Notes under the pieces: generated by a model
Database searches by the model: none
Told to the model about the DNA's origin: nothing
What the model saw: only the letters and a program-made list of their open reading frames with translations
Made by a program: the position numbers and the translations under genes
Source: Ignatzschineriaceae bacterium
GTDB taxonomy: Bacteria > Pseudomonadota > Gammaproteobacteria > Cardiobacteriales > Wohlfahrtiimonadaceae
DNA: 64,000 nucleotides
Direction: 5' to 3'
NCBI GenBank assembly: GCA_046462535.1
Contig: JBKGVF010000016.1
Coordinates: 11,363 to 75,362 of the forward strand
In this document: positions 11,973-22,693 of the stretch, one piece after another
Layout: every line of letters begins with the position of its first letter
Numbering within the stretch: the first letter of the stretch is position 1

Positions 11973-13891
11973 GTTACTTTGGAAATGATGCCCAGAGCAT
12001 CCGCCGAACACAGTTAAAAAATGATCGCCTCTTTCGGAGTCGGGCACTCTTCAGCCTGCTCTTTATTGTGATCTGCTTTGCTATTTTATGGGGGCAACTC
12101 TTCACCCTACAGATTGTAGAGCATGAGAAGTATCAGACTCTCTCTGATCAAAATCGTATTAAACTGATGCCTCTTCCCCCCACACGCGGACAGATTTTTG
12201 ATCGGAATGGGAAGGTGCTAGCTACTAATATCCCCTCATATGACTTAGAGGTAGTAAAGCAGGATATTCCTCCCCGAGAACAGATAGAGACCTTAGTTGA
12301 GAAGGTGGAGAAGATTATCCCCCTCACCCAACAAGAGAAAGAGCGCTTCTACAGAGCATTTCAACGCGCACAGATTCAGGAGGCTACTCCGCTAAAAGAG
12401 GAGCTTACTGATGTGGAGATTGCTAAAATTGCCGTCAATCTCCATCACCTCAATGGCATTCATATCACCCCAAAACTGACCCGCTTCTACCCCTATCGTG
12501 CCCATGCCGTCCATGCCCTTGGTTATGTGGGTCGTATCGACGAACGGGATCTTAAAGAGATCGCCGACAACCACCTTGAGAAGGAGTATACCGGTATCTC
12601 TCATATTGGTAAACGGGGCGCGGAGAAGAGCTTTGAGCATCTTCTTCGGGGCAAAGTTGGGTATGAACAGGTGGAGACCAGCTCTAATGGGCGTATTGTG
12701 CGAAAAATTAGTGAAACCCCACCCCTACCTGGTAATAATATCTATCTCACCATCGATATCGATCTACAGATCTTAGCTGAAGAGGCGATGGAGGATTATA
12801 ATGGTGCACTTGTGGCACAAGATCCCCGTACAGGTGAGATATTAGCCTTTGTCTCTAAACCAATTTATGATCCTAACCTCTTTGTGAGTGGGATCAGTCA
12901 GAAGGATTTCGATGCCCTCAATTACGATATTAATACCCCCTTCCTTAACCGTGTAATGCAGGGGCGCTACCCTCCCGGATCGGTCATTAAGCCACAGATA
13001 GCACTTGCAGGACTCAATAGTGGAGAGATTACCCCATCAAGCACCATTATGTGTGGAGGGCACTATCAGGTAGAGGGGGATAGCCACCGTTTCCGAGATC
13101 ATGGTGCCCATGGCCGTCTTAATATCTATGGCGCTATGGAGCGCTCTTGCAATGTCTACTTCTACGATCTTGCCTATAACTTAGGGATTACTCCAATGAT
13201 TGAGTTCTTGAAAGATTTCTCTTTAGGTACCCCCACTCAGATCGATCTATTAGGTGAATCCTCTGGCGTTGCTCCTACCCCTGAATATAAACGCAGCCGC
13301 CACAATACCCCCTGGTACGCTGGAGATACCGTAACCGCTGGAATAGGGCAGAGTTATTGGCTCACCACCCCCCTACAAATCAATCAAGCCACAGCGATTA
13401 TAGCAATGGCTGGAAAAAACTATACGCCCCATATCCTACGCTCCTTTGCACGCCCTAACTCAGAGACTCAATACACTATTCCCCTACGCCCCATTAAACC
13501 AATTCATCTAAAAAATGAGGAGCACTGGCAAGTTATTCAAGAATCGATGGAGCGGGTCGTTCATGGCTCACGGGGAACCGCTCGCTCCTTAAATCGTAAT
13601 CTTGATTATCGCTTAGCAGGGAAGACAGGTACCGCACAGGTCAAGAGTATTGCGCAAGGGGAACGGTATAATCAGGATGAGCTCGATCGACGTCACCATG
13701 ATCATGCCTGGTTCTCAGCCTATGCGCCTGCAGAGAATCCTCAAATTGTTGTTACTGCCTTAGTAGAGAATGGCGGATCTGCTGCACGCACATCGGGCCC
13801 CATGGTTCGGACCGTTATTGATGCTTGGCTCTCTCAGTCATATAAGGAGGAGGTACGCTCACCCGATAATAAGGACTCCTCCCCTCCTTAA
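11969..13891 (+). CDS. mrdA: Penicillin-binding protein 2 (elongasome transpeptidase)
   Basis: 640 aa with an N-terminal TM. SxxK (GSVIKP), SxN (RSCNVYF) and KTGTA motifs. Confidence 0.93.
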   Translation: MSYFGNDAQSIRRTQLKNDRLFRSRALFSLLFIVICFAILWGQLFTLQIVEHEKYQTLSDQNRIKLMPLPPTRGQIFDRNGKVLATNIPSYDLEVVKQDIPPREQIETLVEKVEKIIPLTQQEKERFYRAFQRAQIQEATPLKEELTDVEIAKIAVNLHHLNGIHITPKLTRFYPYRAHAVHALGYVGRIDERDLKEIADNHLEKEYTGISHIGKRGAEKSFEHLLRGKVGYEQVETSSNGRIVRKISETPPLPGNNIYLTIDIDLQILAEEAMEDYNGALVAQDPRTGEILAFVSKPIYDPNLFVSGISQKDFDALNYDINTPFLNRVMQGRYPPGSVIKPQIALAGLNSGEITPSSTIMCGGHYQVEGDSHRFRDHGAHGRLNIYGAMERSCNVYFYDLAYNLGITPMIEFLKDFSLGTPTQIDLLGESSGVAPTPEYKRSRHNTPWYAGDTVTAGIGQSYWLTTPLQINQATAIIAMAGKNYTPHILRSFARPNSETQYTIPLRPIKPIHLKNEEHWQVIQESMERVVHGSRGTARSLNRNLDYRLAGKTGTAQVKSIAQGERYNQDELDRRHHDHAWFSAYAPAENPQIVVTALVENGGSAARTSGPMVRTVIDAWLSQSYKEEVRSPDNKDSSPP

Positions 13892-13975
13892 CATAAGGAT
13901 CCTTGTTATACTGACCCCCACAATCGGTAAACGTAGTAGGCGTACTCTCTATTTTCAGAAGGATTTAACGCATCA

Positions 13976-15112
13976 ATGAACTATAATGATCTCTACCATG
14001 AAGAGGAGGTAAAGCCCCGCGGATTGTTGGCTCTCCTCCATCTAGATACAGTTTTAACGCTGCTTTTAGCGGCGCTCTGTCTCTTTAGCTTAATTATTCT
14101 CTATAGCGCATCCAATCAAGATATTCACTATGTCACCTCTCAGGCGATAAAGATGGGAATTGGCTTTGTCGCGATGGTGATAATTGCGTTTATCCCTCCA
14201 ACCTTAATTAAGCGCGCTACACCACTGCTCTATATTATTGGTATTGTTGCGCTCCTCCTTCTCTTTGTAATAGGGGTTGAGGTTAAAGGGGCGGTACGCT
14301 GGCTGGATCTGAAAGTTTTCCGCTTTCAGCCCTCCGAAGTAGCTAAATTAGCCACCCCAATGATGATCGCCTACTATCTCGATCGCTCTCCACTCCCCCC
14401 TACACTCTTTCGCTCAATTGTGACTCTCCTCATTTTGCTCATCCCCTTCAGCTTAGTCTTTATGCAACCTGACTTAGGAACCGCAATTGTCATTGTCTAT
14501 TCAGCTGCAGCGGCGCTCTTTTTAGCAGGCTTCTTTTGGCGTTATATTCTGATTATTATTGCCATTTTAGCCATCTCCCTCCCCCTCTATTGGCACTATG
14601 GCATGAAGCCCTACCAGAAAGATCGAGTTGTCACATTCCTCAATCCTGAATCTGATCCTTTAGGAAAGGGGTATCAGATTATTCAATCTAAAACTGCGAT
14701 CGGCTCTGGAGGGCTCTATGGTAAGGGGTGGCAAAATAGCACCCAAGCCTCTTTAAAGTTTCTGCCGGAATCCACCACTGACTTTATCTACGCCATCACC
14801 GCCGAAGAGTTTGGCTTGATGGGCACCTCCCTCCTATTAGGAATCTATCTTCTCATCATCATCCGCTCCTTCTATATCGCCTCGCGGGGACGGGATAACT
14901 ACTTTCGCCTCATAGGGGGGACCATCTGCCTCTCTCTCTTCTTCTATATCTTTGTTAATGCGGGGATGGTCAGTGGCCTTCTCCCAATCGTGGGTATCCC
15001 CCTCCCTTTTATTAGTTATGGGGGGACATCTATTGTGACACTATTTATCTCTTTTGGTATATTAATGAATATTTATTCTCACCAAAAACCGAATATAAAA
15101 AGGATCTTTTAA
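13976..15112 (+). CDS. rodA: SEDS glycosyltransferase RodA
   Basis: 378 aa with about 10 TM. FQPSEVAKL and TDFIYAITAEEFG motifs of the FtsW/RodA family. Follows mrdA. Confidence 0.93.
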   Translation: MNYNDLYHEEEVKPRGLLALLHLDTVLTLLLAALCLFSLIILYSASNQDIHYVTSQAIKMGIGFVAMVIIAFIPPTLIKRATPLLYIIGIVALLLLFVIGVEVKGAVRWLDLKVFRFQPSEVAKLATPMMIAYYLDRSPLPPTLFRSIVTLLILLIPFSLVFMQPDLGTAIVIVYSAAAALFLAGFFWRYILIIIAILAISLPLYWHYGMKPYQKDRVVTFLNPESDPLGKGYQIIQSKTAIGSGGLYGKGWQNSTQASLKFLPESTTDFIYAITAEEFGLMGTSLLLGIYLLIIIRSFYIASRGRDNYFRLIGGTICLSLFFYIFVNAGMVSGLLPIVGIPLPFISYGGTSIVTLFISFGILMNIYSHQKPNIKRIF

Positions 15113-16216
15113 ATGTCATTACGCCGAACGACACTCATACTTGGGGCTCTCTTAAGTCTCACTGCTTGTACTGCTCCGGCAGCTAAGAGTCAGACTCAAG
15201 GGGAGACGCCCCTCCCTACGATTACCCCTAACACCCAAGAGGCAGCTCCTAAACGGGTGTCTGAGCGTGCAGAGATCTCCCGCAGTAGCCGAGGATTTGC
15301 TGAGCGCCCCGATGTGCGCCAATTTATTCTCACCACAAGTCAAAAACAGAATCTTGATCCAGAATGGTTAACAGAGGTGATGGATCGTGTCGAAATTAAG
15401 CCTAAAATTATTGAAGCGATGAATCGCCCTGCAGAGGGAAAGATCTGGGGAGAGTATCGCCCCATCTTTATGACTGAACGCCGTATTAATGATGGTATTC
15501 GCTTCTATCAAGAGCACCAATCAGCATTAGAGCGTGCTGAACGAACTTATGGTGTCTCTGCTGAAGTTATTGCTGCCATTATTGGTGTAGAGACGAGCTA
15601 TGGGCAGAACCGAGGCAGTTGGGCAGTCATTGACGCATTAGCAACTTTAGCATTTGAGTACCCACGTCGCGCCCAATTCTTTACTGGTGAGCTAGAGAAG
15701 TTTCTTACAATAGTTGATGAGACTAACTTCGACCCCTTCAGCTATAAAGGTTCCTACGCTGGCGCAATGGGCTACCCACAATTTATGCCCTCAAGCTATC
15801 TAGCTTACGCTGTTGATTTTGATGGGGATGGGGTACGTGATCTTTGGAATAATCCCATTGATGCTATTGGTTCGGTAGGGAACTATTTAGCTAAACACCG
15901 TTGGCAAGCTGGGGAGCCTGTCGCTGTTAAAGTGGAGATTGATCCTACTCTTGCAGCCCCCTATATTGCTAAAGGACGCTTAACACCACCGAAATATAGT
16001 GCCGCTACTTTACGAGCCAATGGTGTAATGTTGCCGGCATCAATCCCCAACCATCTTAAGGGGAATCTCTACCAATATCAGCTAAGTAAAGAGCCTGCTC
16101 GTTATGAGTATTGGGTTGGTTTTGAAAACTTCTACTCCATCACCCGCTACAATCACTCTCAGATGTATGCTCTAGCGGTCTATCAGCTGGCTGATGCAAT
16201 TAAGCGTGGCCGTTAA
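15113..16216 (+). CDS. mltB: Lytic murein transglycosylase B (lipoprotein)
   Basis: 367 aa with lipobox LSLTAC. GVETSYG and GAMGYPQFMPSSY motifs of the MltB/Slt35 family. Confidence 0.88.
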   Translation: MSLRRTTLILGALLSLTACTAPAAKSQTQGETPLPTITPNTQEAAPKRVSERAEISRSSRGFAERPDVRQFILTTSQKQNLDPEWLTEVMDRVEIKPKIIEAMNRPAEGKIWGEYRPIFMTERRINDGIRFYQEHQSALERAERTYGVSAEVIAAIIGVETSYGQNRGSWAVIDALATLAFEYPRRAQFFTGELEKFLTIVDETNFDPFSYKGSYAGAMGYPQFMPSSYLAYAVDFDGDGVRDLWNNPIDAIGSVGNYLAKHRWQAGEPVAVKVEIDPTLAAPYIAKGRLTPPKYSAATLRANGVMLPASIPNHLKGNLYQYQLSKEPARYEYWVGFENFYSITRYNHSQMYALAVYQLADAIKRGR

Positions 16217-16246
16217 CCTTTCACTCTCTCAACTTGGTTTAACTAA

Positions 16247-17011
16247 ATGCTTAAACGTCTATCACTGCTGATTGTCACCCTGATTATAGCAAGCTGCTCT
16301 ACCCCGACAGGAGTACCGGGTAAAGGGGCGACTCCGAAAGAGGAGCCACTTAGTCCATCGGGAAACCCTGAAAGCTACGAAGTGTTTGGTACCACTTATC
16401 GTATACTGCCCACCTCACGAGGATATCGTGAAGTGGGTTATGCATCATGGTATGGGAAGGATTTCCATGGAAAACGCACCTCAAGCGGAACACCATATAA
16501 TATGTATGCCTACTCGGCAGCCCATAAAACTCTGCCGATCCCGACATATGTAAAAGTGACTAACCTTGAAAATGGACGAAGCTTGGTCTTACGGGTAGAT
16601 GATCGAGGCCCCTTTGTAAAGAATAGAATTATCGACCTCTCCTACACTGCAGCTAAGGAGCTCGATCTAATCCAGAAGGGGACCGCTAAGGTTGAAGTGG
16701 TGGCCCTCCCCCCCTATCAACATCTTAAAAATCCTAAAGCGCATCCTACAGAGCAGGCGATTCAGACTCCACCCTCTGCACCCAATACAGCAGTAGAGGG
16801 GGGACGCTACTATGTACAATTAGGCTCGTTTAAAGAGCGGGGGAATGCGGAAGCTTTTATGAATACGATGGCAGCAACCCTAGGACGTCCTACTGAAGTA
16901 CACTACTCCGGAGGACTCCATCGTGTCGTCATTGGGAGCTATGCCACCCATAACGAGGCGAAGGCTGCTGCCGAGCGGCTCCACTACCCTAATACTGTTA
17001 TCACCCTCTGA
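16247..17011 (+). CDS. rlpA: Septal ring lytic transglycosylase RlpA (DPBB + SPOR domains)
   Basis: 254 aa with lipobox IIASC. DPBB region GYASWYGKDFHGKRTSSG...VRVDDRGPF. C-terminal SPOR-like YYVQLGSFKERGNAEAF. Confidence 0.9.
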   Translation: MLKRLSLLIVTLIIASCSTPTGVPGKGATPKEEPLSPSGNPESYEVFGTTYRILPTSRGYREVGYASWYGKDFHGKRTSSGTPYNMYAYSAAHKTLPIPTYVKVTNLENGRSLVLRVDDRGPFVKNRIIDLSYTAAKELDLIQKGTAKVEVVALPPYQHLKNPKAHPTEQAIQTPPSAPNTAVEGGRYYVQLGSFKERGNAEAFMNTMAATLGRPTEVHYSGGLHRVVIGSYATHNEAKAAAERLHYPNTVITL

Positions 17012-17086
17012 CAGATCAGTAAAAGAGTGCTTAGCCATAAACTGTAACGATTCTATTTTTCACCCAGTGAACAATTGAGAAAAACT

Positions 17087-18256
17087 ATGAAAAGAGTAAC
17101 AACCCTTTTAGCAACAATTCTATTAACAATCACCCCATTTGCACAGGGGGTTGAGATGGAGCTGAAGGCCCCTAATCTCCCTGTAAAGGCGTGGGTTTTA
17201 ATGGATTATGAAAGTGGGGCAGTTTTAGCAGAGTATAATGCTAATCAACGGCTTGAGCCTGCTAGCCTCACTAAATTGATGACCAGCTATATTATTGCTG
17301 AAGCTGTTGATAATGGTGTTATTCATCACGATGATCTGGTGCAAATCTCACGCAATGCGCGACAGCAGAAGGGCTCCCGTATGTTTGTTGAAGAGCGCTC
17401 CTTAGTCTCAGTCATCAACCTCATTCGAGGACTCATTATTCAATCTGGTAATGATGCTTCAGTAGCCTTAGCAGAACATGTCTCAGGCTCGGAGGAGGCC
17501 TTTGTCACCTTAATGAATGCTAAAGCACGAGAGTTAAATCTACACAATACCCATTTTAGCAATACAAATGGACTACCTGGTCCAGAGCACTTTAGTTCTG
17601 CATATGATTTAGCACTCCTCTCCCGCTCCCTTATTAAGCGCTTTCCTGAACATTACAAGATCTATTCAGAGCGGGAATTTACCTGGAATGAGATCCGACA
17701 AGAGAACCGCAACCGCCTTCTTTGGGTTGAATCAAGTGGCGCCGATGGGATCAAAACAGGTCATACTGACGCTGCAGGCTACAACTTAGCATCAAGTGCA
17801 GTGCGTAATGGGTATCGTGTCATTGCAGTAGTGCTTGGAGCAACTGATGAGACTGCGCGCCACAACGCGTCACTCAACCTCCTTAACTTCGCTTTCCATA
17901 ATTTCCATCAGCGAGAGCTCTATCATGCAGGAGAGGAGTTAACCCGCGTCTCATTGCGCGATGGTGTTGCAGATACCGTCTCAGTCGGCACAATTAATGC
18001 CATCTCTGAGATCCTCCCTGATGCAAAATATAATAATTTATCTGGAAAAGTCATTATCAATGAAGCCCTTTCAGCACCGATTCAGAAGAACCAAGTGGTT
18101 GGTGAGATACAACTTCTTATTGATGATCGGATCATCTATCGCTATCCGGCTGTCGCCTTGGAGAGCATTGATAAAGCTGGCTTTGCCAGTCGAATCTGGG
18201 CTGACTTTAAGATTAAATTGAAACGCAAATATGAAGGATTTAAGGCGGCGCTATAA
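17087..18256 (+). CDS. D-alanyl-D-alanine carboxypeptidase (PBP5/6 class, DacA/DacC-like)
   Basis: SxxK (ASLTKLMT), SxN (QSGND) and KTGHT motifs, with a signal peptide. I prefer ATG at 17087 (MKRVTTLL) over the ORF caller's TTG at 17075. Confidence 0.9.
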   Translation: MKRVTTLLATILLTITPFAQGVEMELKAPNLPVKAWVLMDYESGAVLAEYNANQRLEPASLTKLMTSYIIAEAVDNGVIHHDDLVQISRNARQQKGSRMFVEERSLVSVINLIRGLIIQSGNDASVALAEHVSGSEEAFVTLMNAKARELNLHNTHFSNTNGLPGPEHFSSAYDLALLSRSLIKRFPEHYKIYSEREFTWNEIRQENRNRLLWVESSGADGIKTGHTDAAGYNLASSAVRNGYRVIAVVLGATDETARHNASLNLLNFAFHNFHQRELYHAGEELTRVSLRDGVADTVSVGTINAISEILPDAKYNNLSGKVIINEALSAPIQKNQVVGEIQLLIDDRIIYRYPAVALESIDKAGFASRIWADFKIKLKRKYEGFKAAL

Positions 18257-18367
18257 AATATTTTTATCAGCACCCATTTTTTATGTAGTTTTTTTGTAGT
18301 TTTAGGTGTATTATATATTTTCTGTTTTTTATTCACCCATTATAAGACTTACTAGGAAGTAAATTAA

Positions 18368-19978
18368 ATGTCGCAAAAAATTATAGACTCATTAAAGAAT
18401 ATTGGCATTCAAGCAGAGAAGATCATCTATAATCCAAGTTATGAGCTTCTCTTTGAGAGAGAGACAGATCCCTCACTCACTGGTTATGAGAAGGGGACAC
18501 TTACAAAACTAGGTGCTGTCAGTGTTGATACTGGAATCTATACCGGTCGCTCACCAAAAGATAAATATATTGTACGCGACGAAACAACAAAAGATACTCT
18601 CTGGTGGGCTGATTCGGGTAAGGGAAGTAATGATAATAAGCCCATTACTCCTGAGGTTTGGGCAGATCTTAAAAAGATTGTCACCGACCAGCTCTCTAAC
18701 AAAGAGCTCTATGTTGTCGATGGTTTCTGTGGTGCTAATGAGGAGACTCGCCTCAATGTGCGCTTTATTACTGAAGTTGCATGGCAGGCACACTTTGTTA
18801 AAAATATGTTTATTCGCCCCACCGAAGAGGAGCTTAAAGATTTTGAGCCAGACTTTACTGTCTTAAATGGTGCTAAAGCGACAAATAAAAACTACAAAGA
18901 GCATGGATTAAACTCAGAGACCTTTGTTGCCTTCAACTTAACTGAAAATATGCAGCTTATCGGTGGCACCTGGTATGGCGGTGAGATGAAGAAAGGGCTC
19001 TTCTCTGTCATGAACTACCTCCTCCCTCTAAAAGGGATTGCCTCGATGCACTGCTCGGCGAATGTGGGTGAAGATGGGGAGACGGCAATCTTCTTTGGTC
19101 TATCAGGAACAGGTAAAACAACACTCTCTACCGATCCTAATCGTAAACTTATCGGTGATGATGAGCATGGTTGGGATGATGATGGTGTCTTTAACTTTGA
19201 AGGGGGCTGTTATGCAAAGACCATCGACCTCTCTGAAGAGGATGAGCCAGAGATCTACGGTGCTATTCGACGTGATGCCCTCTTAGAGAACGTTGTGGTT
19301 AAAGAGGATGGTACGGTTGACTTCTCCGATGACTCGAAGACAGAAAACACCCGTGTCTCCTACCCTATTTACCATATTGAGAATATCGTTGAGCCTGTCT
19401 CTAAAGCAGGACCGGCGAAGAAGGTTATCTTCTTAACAGCAGATGCGTTTGGTGTACTTCCTCCTGTTTCAAAGTTAACACCTGAGCAGACGCAGTACTA
19501 TTTCCTCTCTGGATTTACTGCTAAGTTAGCTGGAACTGAGCGTGGAATCACAGAGCCGACCCCAACCTTCTCAGCCTGTTTCGGTGCGGCATTCTTACTC
19601 CTTCACCCAACCCAGTATGCGGATGTATTAGTCAAGCGTATGGAAGAGTCGGGCGCTACAGCTTACTTAGTTAATACTGGTTGGAATGGCACCGGTGAGC
19701 GTATCTCACTTAAAGATACCCGTAACATTATCAACGCAATCTTAAATGATGAGATCGACTCGGCACCAACAAAGGTTATCCCTACCTTTAACTTAGAGAT
19801 TCCAACAGAAGTTAGCAATGTTGATCCTGCTATCTTAGACCCTCGCGATACCTACCAAGATGTAGCTGAGTGGGAGAAGAAAGCAGCAAACTTAGCGAAG
19901 CTCTTTAGCGAAAACTTTGATCAGTATACCGATACTGAGCTAGGTGCAGCATTAGCAAAAGTAGGTCCTAAGGTGTAA
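18368..19978 (+). CDS. pckA: Phosphoenolpyruvate carboxykinase (ATP)
   Basis: 536 aa. Kinase-1a [18 protein letters not shown], and high overall similarity to E. coli PckA. Confidence 0.96.
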   Translation: MSQKIIDSLKNIGIQAEKIIYNPSYELLFERETDPSLTGYEKGTLTKLGAVSVDTGIYTGRSPKDKYIVRDETTKDTLWWADSGKGSNDNKPITPEVWADLKKIVTDQLSNKELYVVDGFCGANEETRLNVRFITEVAWQAHFVKNMFIRPTEEELKDFEPDFTVLNGAKATNKNYKEHGLNSETFVAFNLTENMQLIGGTWYGGEMKKGLFSVMNYLLPLKGIASMHCSANVGEDGETAIFFGLSGTGKTTLSTDPNRKLIGDDEHGWDDDGVFNFEGGCYAKTIDLSEEDEPEIYGAIRRDALLENVVVKEDGTVDFSDDSKTENTRVSYPIYHIENIVEPVSKAGPAKKVIFLTADAFGVLPPVSKLTPEQTQYYFLSGFTAKLAGTERGITEPTPTFSACFGAAFLLLHPTQYADVLVKRMEESGATAYLVNTGWNGTGERISLKDTRNIINAILNDEIDSAPTKVIPTFNLEIPTEVSNVDPAILDPRDTYQDVAEWEKKAANLAKLFSENFDQYTDTELGAALAKVGPKV

Positions 19979-20010
19979 ATAACCCGCCCTACTGGTTTGA
20001 TATTAACGAT

Positions 20011-20041
20011 AGAAGCGTAGAGATTACTCTACGCTTTTTTT
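20011..20041 (+). terminator. Rho-independent terminator of pckA
   Basis: Arms agcgtagag (20014-20022) and ctctacgct (20027-20035), a 4-nt loop, then a 7-T run. Confidence 0.85.
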
Positions 20042-20191
20042 ATCTCTCTCATATTTATCCAACCTCTATAGAGCTTGACACTTTTAACCGCTCTACGGCA
20101 TGATCGATCTGTAGGCAGCATCCTGCCTCACATTAAAATAATAATAACAATAAATCGATATAGCGAGGTTTACCTCGAAGGAGCATTCATT

Positions 20192-22660
20192 ATGTTAACG
20201 CAGCGGAAACGGACACTCTGCACTCTAGCTTTAGGCTCATTACTCACGATTCACCCTCCTCTCTTTGCTACTACTACTGATGAGATCGTCGAGATTAAAC
20301 GAGATCAATATGGTGTTCCTCACATCTATGCCGACACAACTTACGCCCTCTTTTATGGGTATGGTTATGCCGTCGCTGAGGATCGACTCTTTCAAACGGA
20401 TATGGCCCGTCGCGCCTTTACTGGGCGAACTGCTGAGGTTTTAGGTCGAGGCGAAGAGGATCGTTTTGTTGCGTATGATCGCCAAGTACGGATGAATTAT
20501 CTACCCATTTCAATTGAGGCCCAGCTTAATGCCTTAACTCAAGAGGAGCGGGCGATCTTTCAGGGATATGCCGATGGCTTTAATGCATATCTTGATGAGA
20601 TCGAGGCAGACCCAGAGCTACTCCCTAACGAATACCTTGAGTATGATTTCTCTCCCGAACCTATCTCCGATTTTGATGTTGTCATGATTTGGGTTGGCTC
20701 GATGGCAAATCGCTTCTCGGATGTGAATCTTGAAATAGCAAACTATACTCTACTGCAAGATCTCATTGCAGCGCATGGGGAGACGAGAGGGATCGCACTC
20801 TTTGATGAGCTCCGCTGGATCATTGATGAGAGCTCACCTACTACAGCTCCAACCCCATCCGCCCCTAACCCACTACCTAATAATGGCTCTGTAGTGACAA
20901 GCTTACTCCAACAACTAAAGCGCCACTCATCATCTGTTGCACAAGCAGAAGGAGAGCGGCAGCTTGCTCAGTGGGGTGGCATCGGCCCTGACTTTGCACC
21001 TAAAGCGAGCAATATCTGGATTACCTCACCTAATCGAGTTGTGGGGGGTGAGACAATCTTAATCAATGGGCCGCAGTTTGGTTGGTACAATCCAAGTTAT
21101 GTCTATGGTGTCGGCCTATATGGGGCTGGTTTTCATCTCACAGGAAATACCCCTTTTGCTTATCCGGTGATCCTCTTTGGCACCAATGGGACTATCGCAT
21201 GGGGAGCGACAGCAGGCCCTCAAGATGTTGTTGATATCTATCAAGAACAGCTGAATCCTGACAATCCCTATGAATATCGCTTTCAAGGAAGCTATCAACC
21301 AATGGAGCTGCGGGAGAGCCAGATCAATATTCGGGGTGAAGCAGCTGAAGTTCATACCTTTTATAGTACTGTTCATGGCCCCATCATCCATTGGGACCAT
21401 GAGCAGCAGATCGCCTACAGTAAAAAGCGTAGTTGGAGTGGATATGAAGTTCAATCCCTTCTCGCATGGGTTGAGTCGATGAGGGCTAACAATTGGGAAG
21501 AGTATCAACAAGCGGCACAGGATGTGGCAATCTCCATCAACTGGTACTACAGCGATCGAGAGGGAAATATTGGTTATCTCTCACCTGGCTATCTTCCTCA
21601 TCGCCCCGAAACACAAGATACTCGTCTTCCCGCTATTGGGGATGGCACTATGGAGTGGCTTGGGATTTTAGACTTTCAATATACACCAAAAAGCTTTAAT
21701 CCCGATCAGGGCTATCTGACCAATTGGAATAATCGCCCCGCACCCGATAAAAAGAATACCGATGCCTACTACTGGACCTATGGGGATCGAGTGAATGAGC
21801 TTAACCGTCAATACGAAGAGAAGGCCCAATTTACCCCAGAAGAGTTGTGGGCATTTAACCGCATCGCCTCCTATCGCGATGTCAACTTTCACTACTTTAA
21901 GCCCTATCTTGAAGCCTTAAAAGAGGAGATTTCTGAACCAGAGCTATCAGCTGCTCTCACTCATCTCCTCAGTTGGGATGGCAACCATTTTAATGATCCC
22001 TACTATCGCACCCATCACCATTCTGGCCGAACCCTCTTCCGTGCATGGCTTGAAGCACTCTATGATGAGGTGCTCATCCCCTGGTTACCAGAGCATTATC
22101 ATCAAGAGTACCGAGCAACTGGCTTTAGTCGTGCAGATGGGGTAAATCCTGGATCGATTAACCTAAGTATGGGCAGTAAAATACTATTACGGCAGCTCGC
22201 TATGGATAAGTCTGATCCAGAGCGCCTCAATCTATTTGGTCAGCGCAGCCATCTAGAGGTGATGAGCGATGCCTTTGCGACAGCATATCAGCTCTTAAAG
22301 GGGGAGTTTGATACGCCTATTGAGCGATGGCGTGATCCGGGTTCTACCACAACTTTTTCAACCAACAACTTTACCGGCATACCACAGGCGCTCTCTGATG
22401 CAGAAATTATCATTCCTGATTATCATAATCGGGGAACAGAGAATAATCAGATTCGTTTTACTGAAGATGGTGTCTCATTTTGTGATGTGGTTGCCCCTGG
22501 ACAGAGTGGTTTTATCTCCCCTCGTGGCATTAAATCACCCCATTATGAAGATCAGCTCGCCCTCTTCTTTAATTTTGACTGTAAATCTCAAGCACTCCAC
22601 TTAATAGAAGAGCCTATAAGGCAATATCAAATTAAGGTGAAGCGCAGCCGTAGCGAATAA
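20192..22660 (+). CDS. Penicillin G acylase-type Ntn hydrolase (penicillin/AHL acylase family), secreted
   Basis: Alpha-subunit region KRDQYGVPHIYADTTYALFYGYGYAVAEDRLFQTDMARR parallels E. coli PGA ([39 protein letters not shown]). The predicted beta N-terminal nucleophile Ser lies in KA/SNIWIT (Ser codon 21008-21010), followed by NGPQFGWYNPSYVYG. C-terminal NRGTEN...VVAPGQSGFI...HYEDQL. I prefer the ATG at 20192 (RBS gaaggag, signal peptide MLTQRKRTLCTLALG...) over the ORF-caller start at 20075. Confidence 0.88.
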   Translation: MLTQRKRTLCTLALGSLLTIHPPLFATTTDEIVEIKRDQYGVPHIYADTTYALFYGYGYAVAEDRLFQTDMARRAFTGRTAEVLGRGEEDRFVAYDRQVRMNYLPISIEAQLNALTQEERAIFQGYADGFNAYLDEIEADPELLPNEYLEYDFSPEPISDFDVVMIWVGSMANRFSDVNLEIANYTLLQDLIAAHGETRGIALFDELRWIIDESSPTTAPTPSAPNPLPNNGSVVTSLLQQLKRHSSSVAQAEGERQLAQWGGIGPDFAPKASNIWITSPNRVVGGETILINGPQFGWYNPSYVYGVGLYGAGFHLTGNTPFAYPVILFGTNGTIAWGATAGPQDVVDIYQEQLNPDNPYEYRFQGSYQPMELRESQINIRGEAAEVHTFYSTVHGPIIHWDHEQQIAYSKKRSWSGYEVQSLLAWVESMRANNWEEYQQAAQDVAISINWYYSDREGNIGYLSPGYLPHRPETQDTRLPAIGDGTMEWLGILDFQYTPKSFNPDQGYLTNWNNRPAPDKKNTDAYYWTYGDRVNELNRQYEEKAQFTPEELWAFNRIASYRDVNFHYFKPYLEALKEEISEPELSAALTHLLSWDGNHFNDPYYRTHHHSGRTLFRAWLEALYDEVLIPWLPEHYHQEYRATGFSRADGVNPGSINLSMGSKILLRQLAMDKSDPERLNLFGQRSHLEVMSDAFATAYQLLKGEFDTPIERWRDPGSTTTFSTNNFTGIPQALSDAEIIIPDYHNRGTENNQIRFTEDGVSFCDVVAPGQSGFISPRGIKSPHYEDQLALFFNFDCKSQALHLIEEPIRQYQIKVKRSRSE

Positions 22661-22693
22661 TGCAAGCAAAATCGATGCACGGTGATAAAAAAT

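Noticed and set aside
18513-18866. 117-aa same-strand alternate-frame ORF within pckA
   Set aside because: The pckA frame has unambiguous homology across this stretch. The alternate-frame product is low complexity. I treat it as chance.
20075-20191. 39-codon N-terminal extension of the acylase ORF starting at TTG 20075
   Set aside because: The extension has no signal-peptide character. The internal ATG at 20192 has a good RBS (gaaggag) and is followed by a typical signal peptide. The TTG coincides with a TTGACA -35-like hexamer.
21116-21511. 131-aa minus-strand ORF inside the acylase gene (also 21270-21482, 21493-21699 and 21668-21892)
   Set aside because: These are antisense or alternate-frame shadows of a strongly supported 823-aa CDS, with no recognisable domains.
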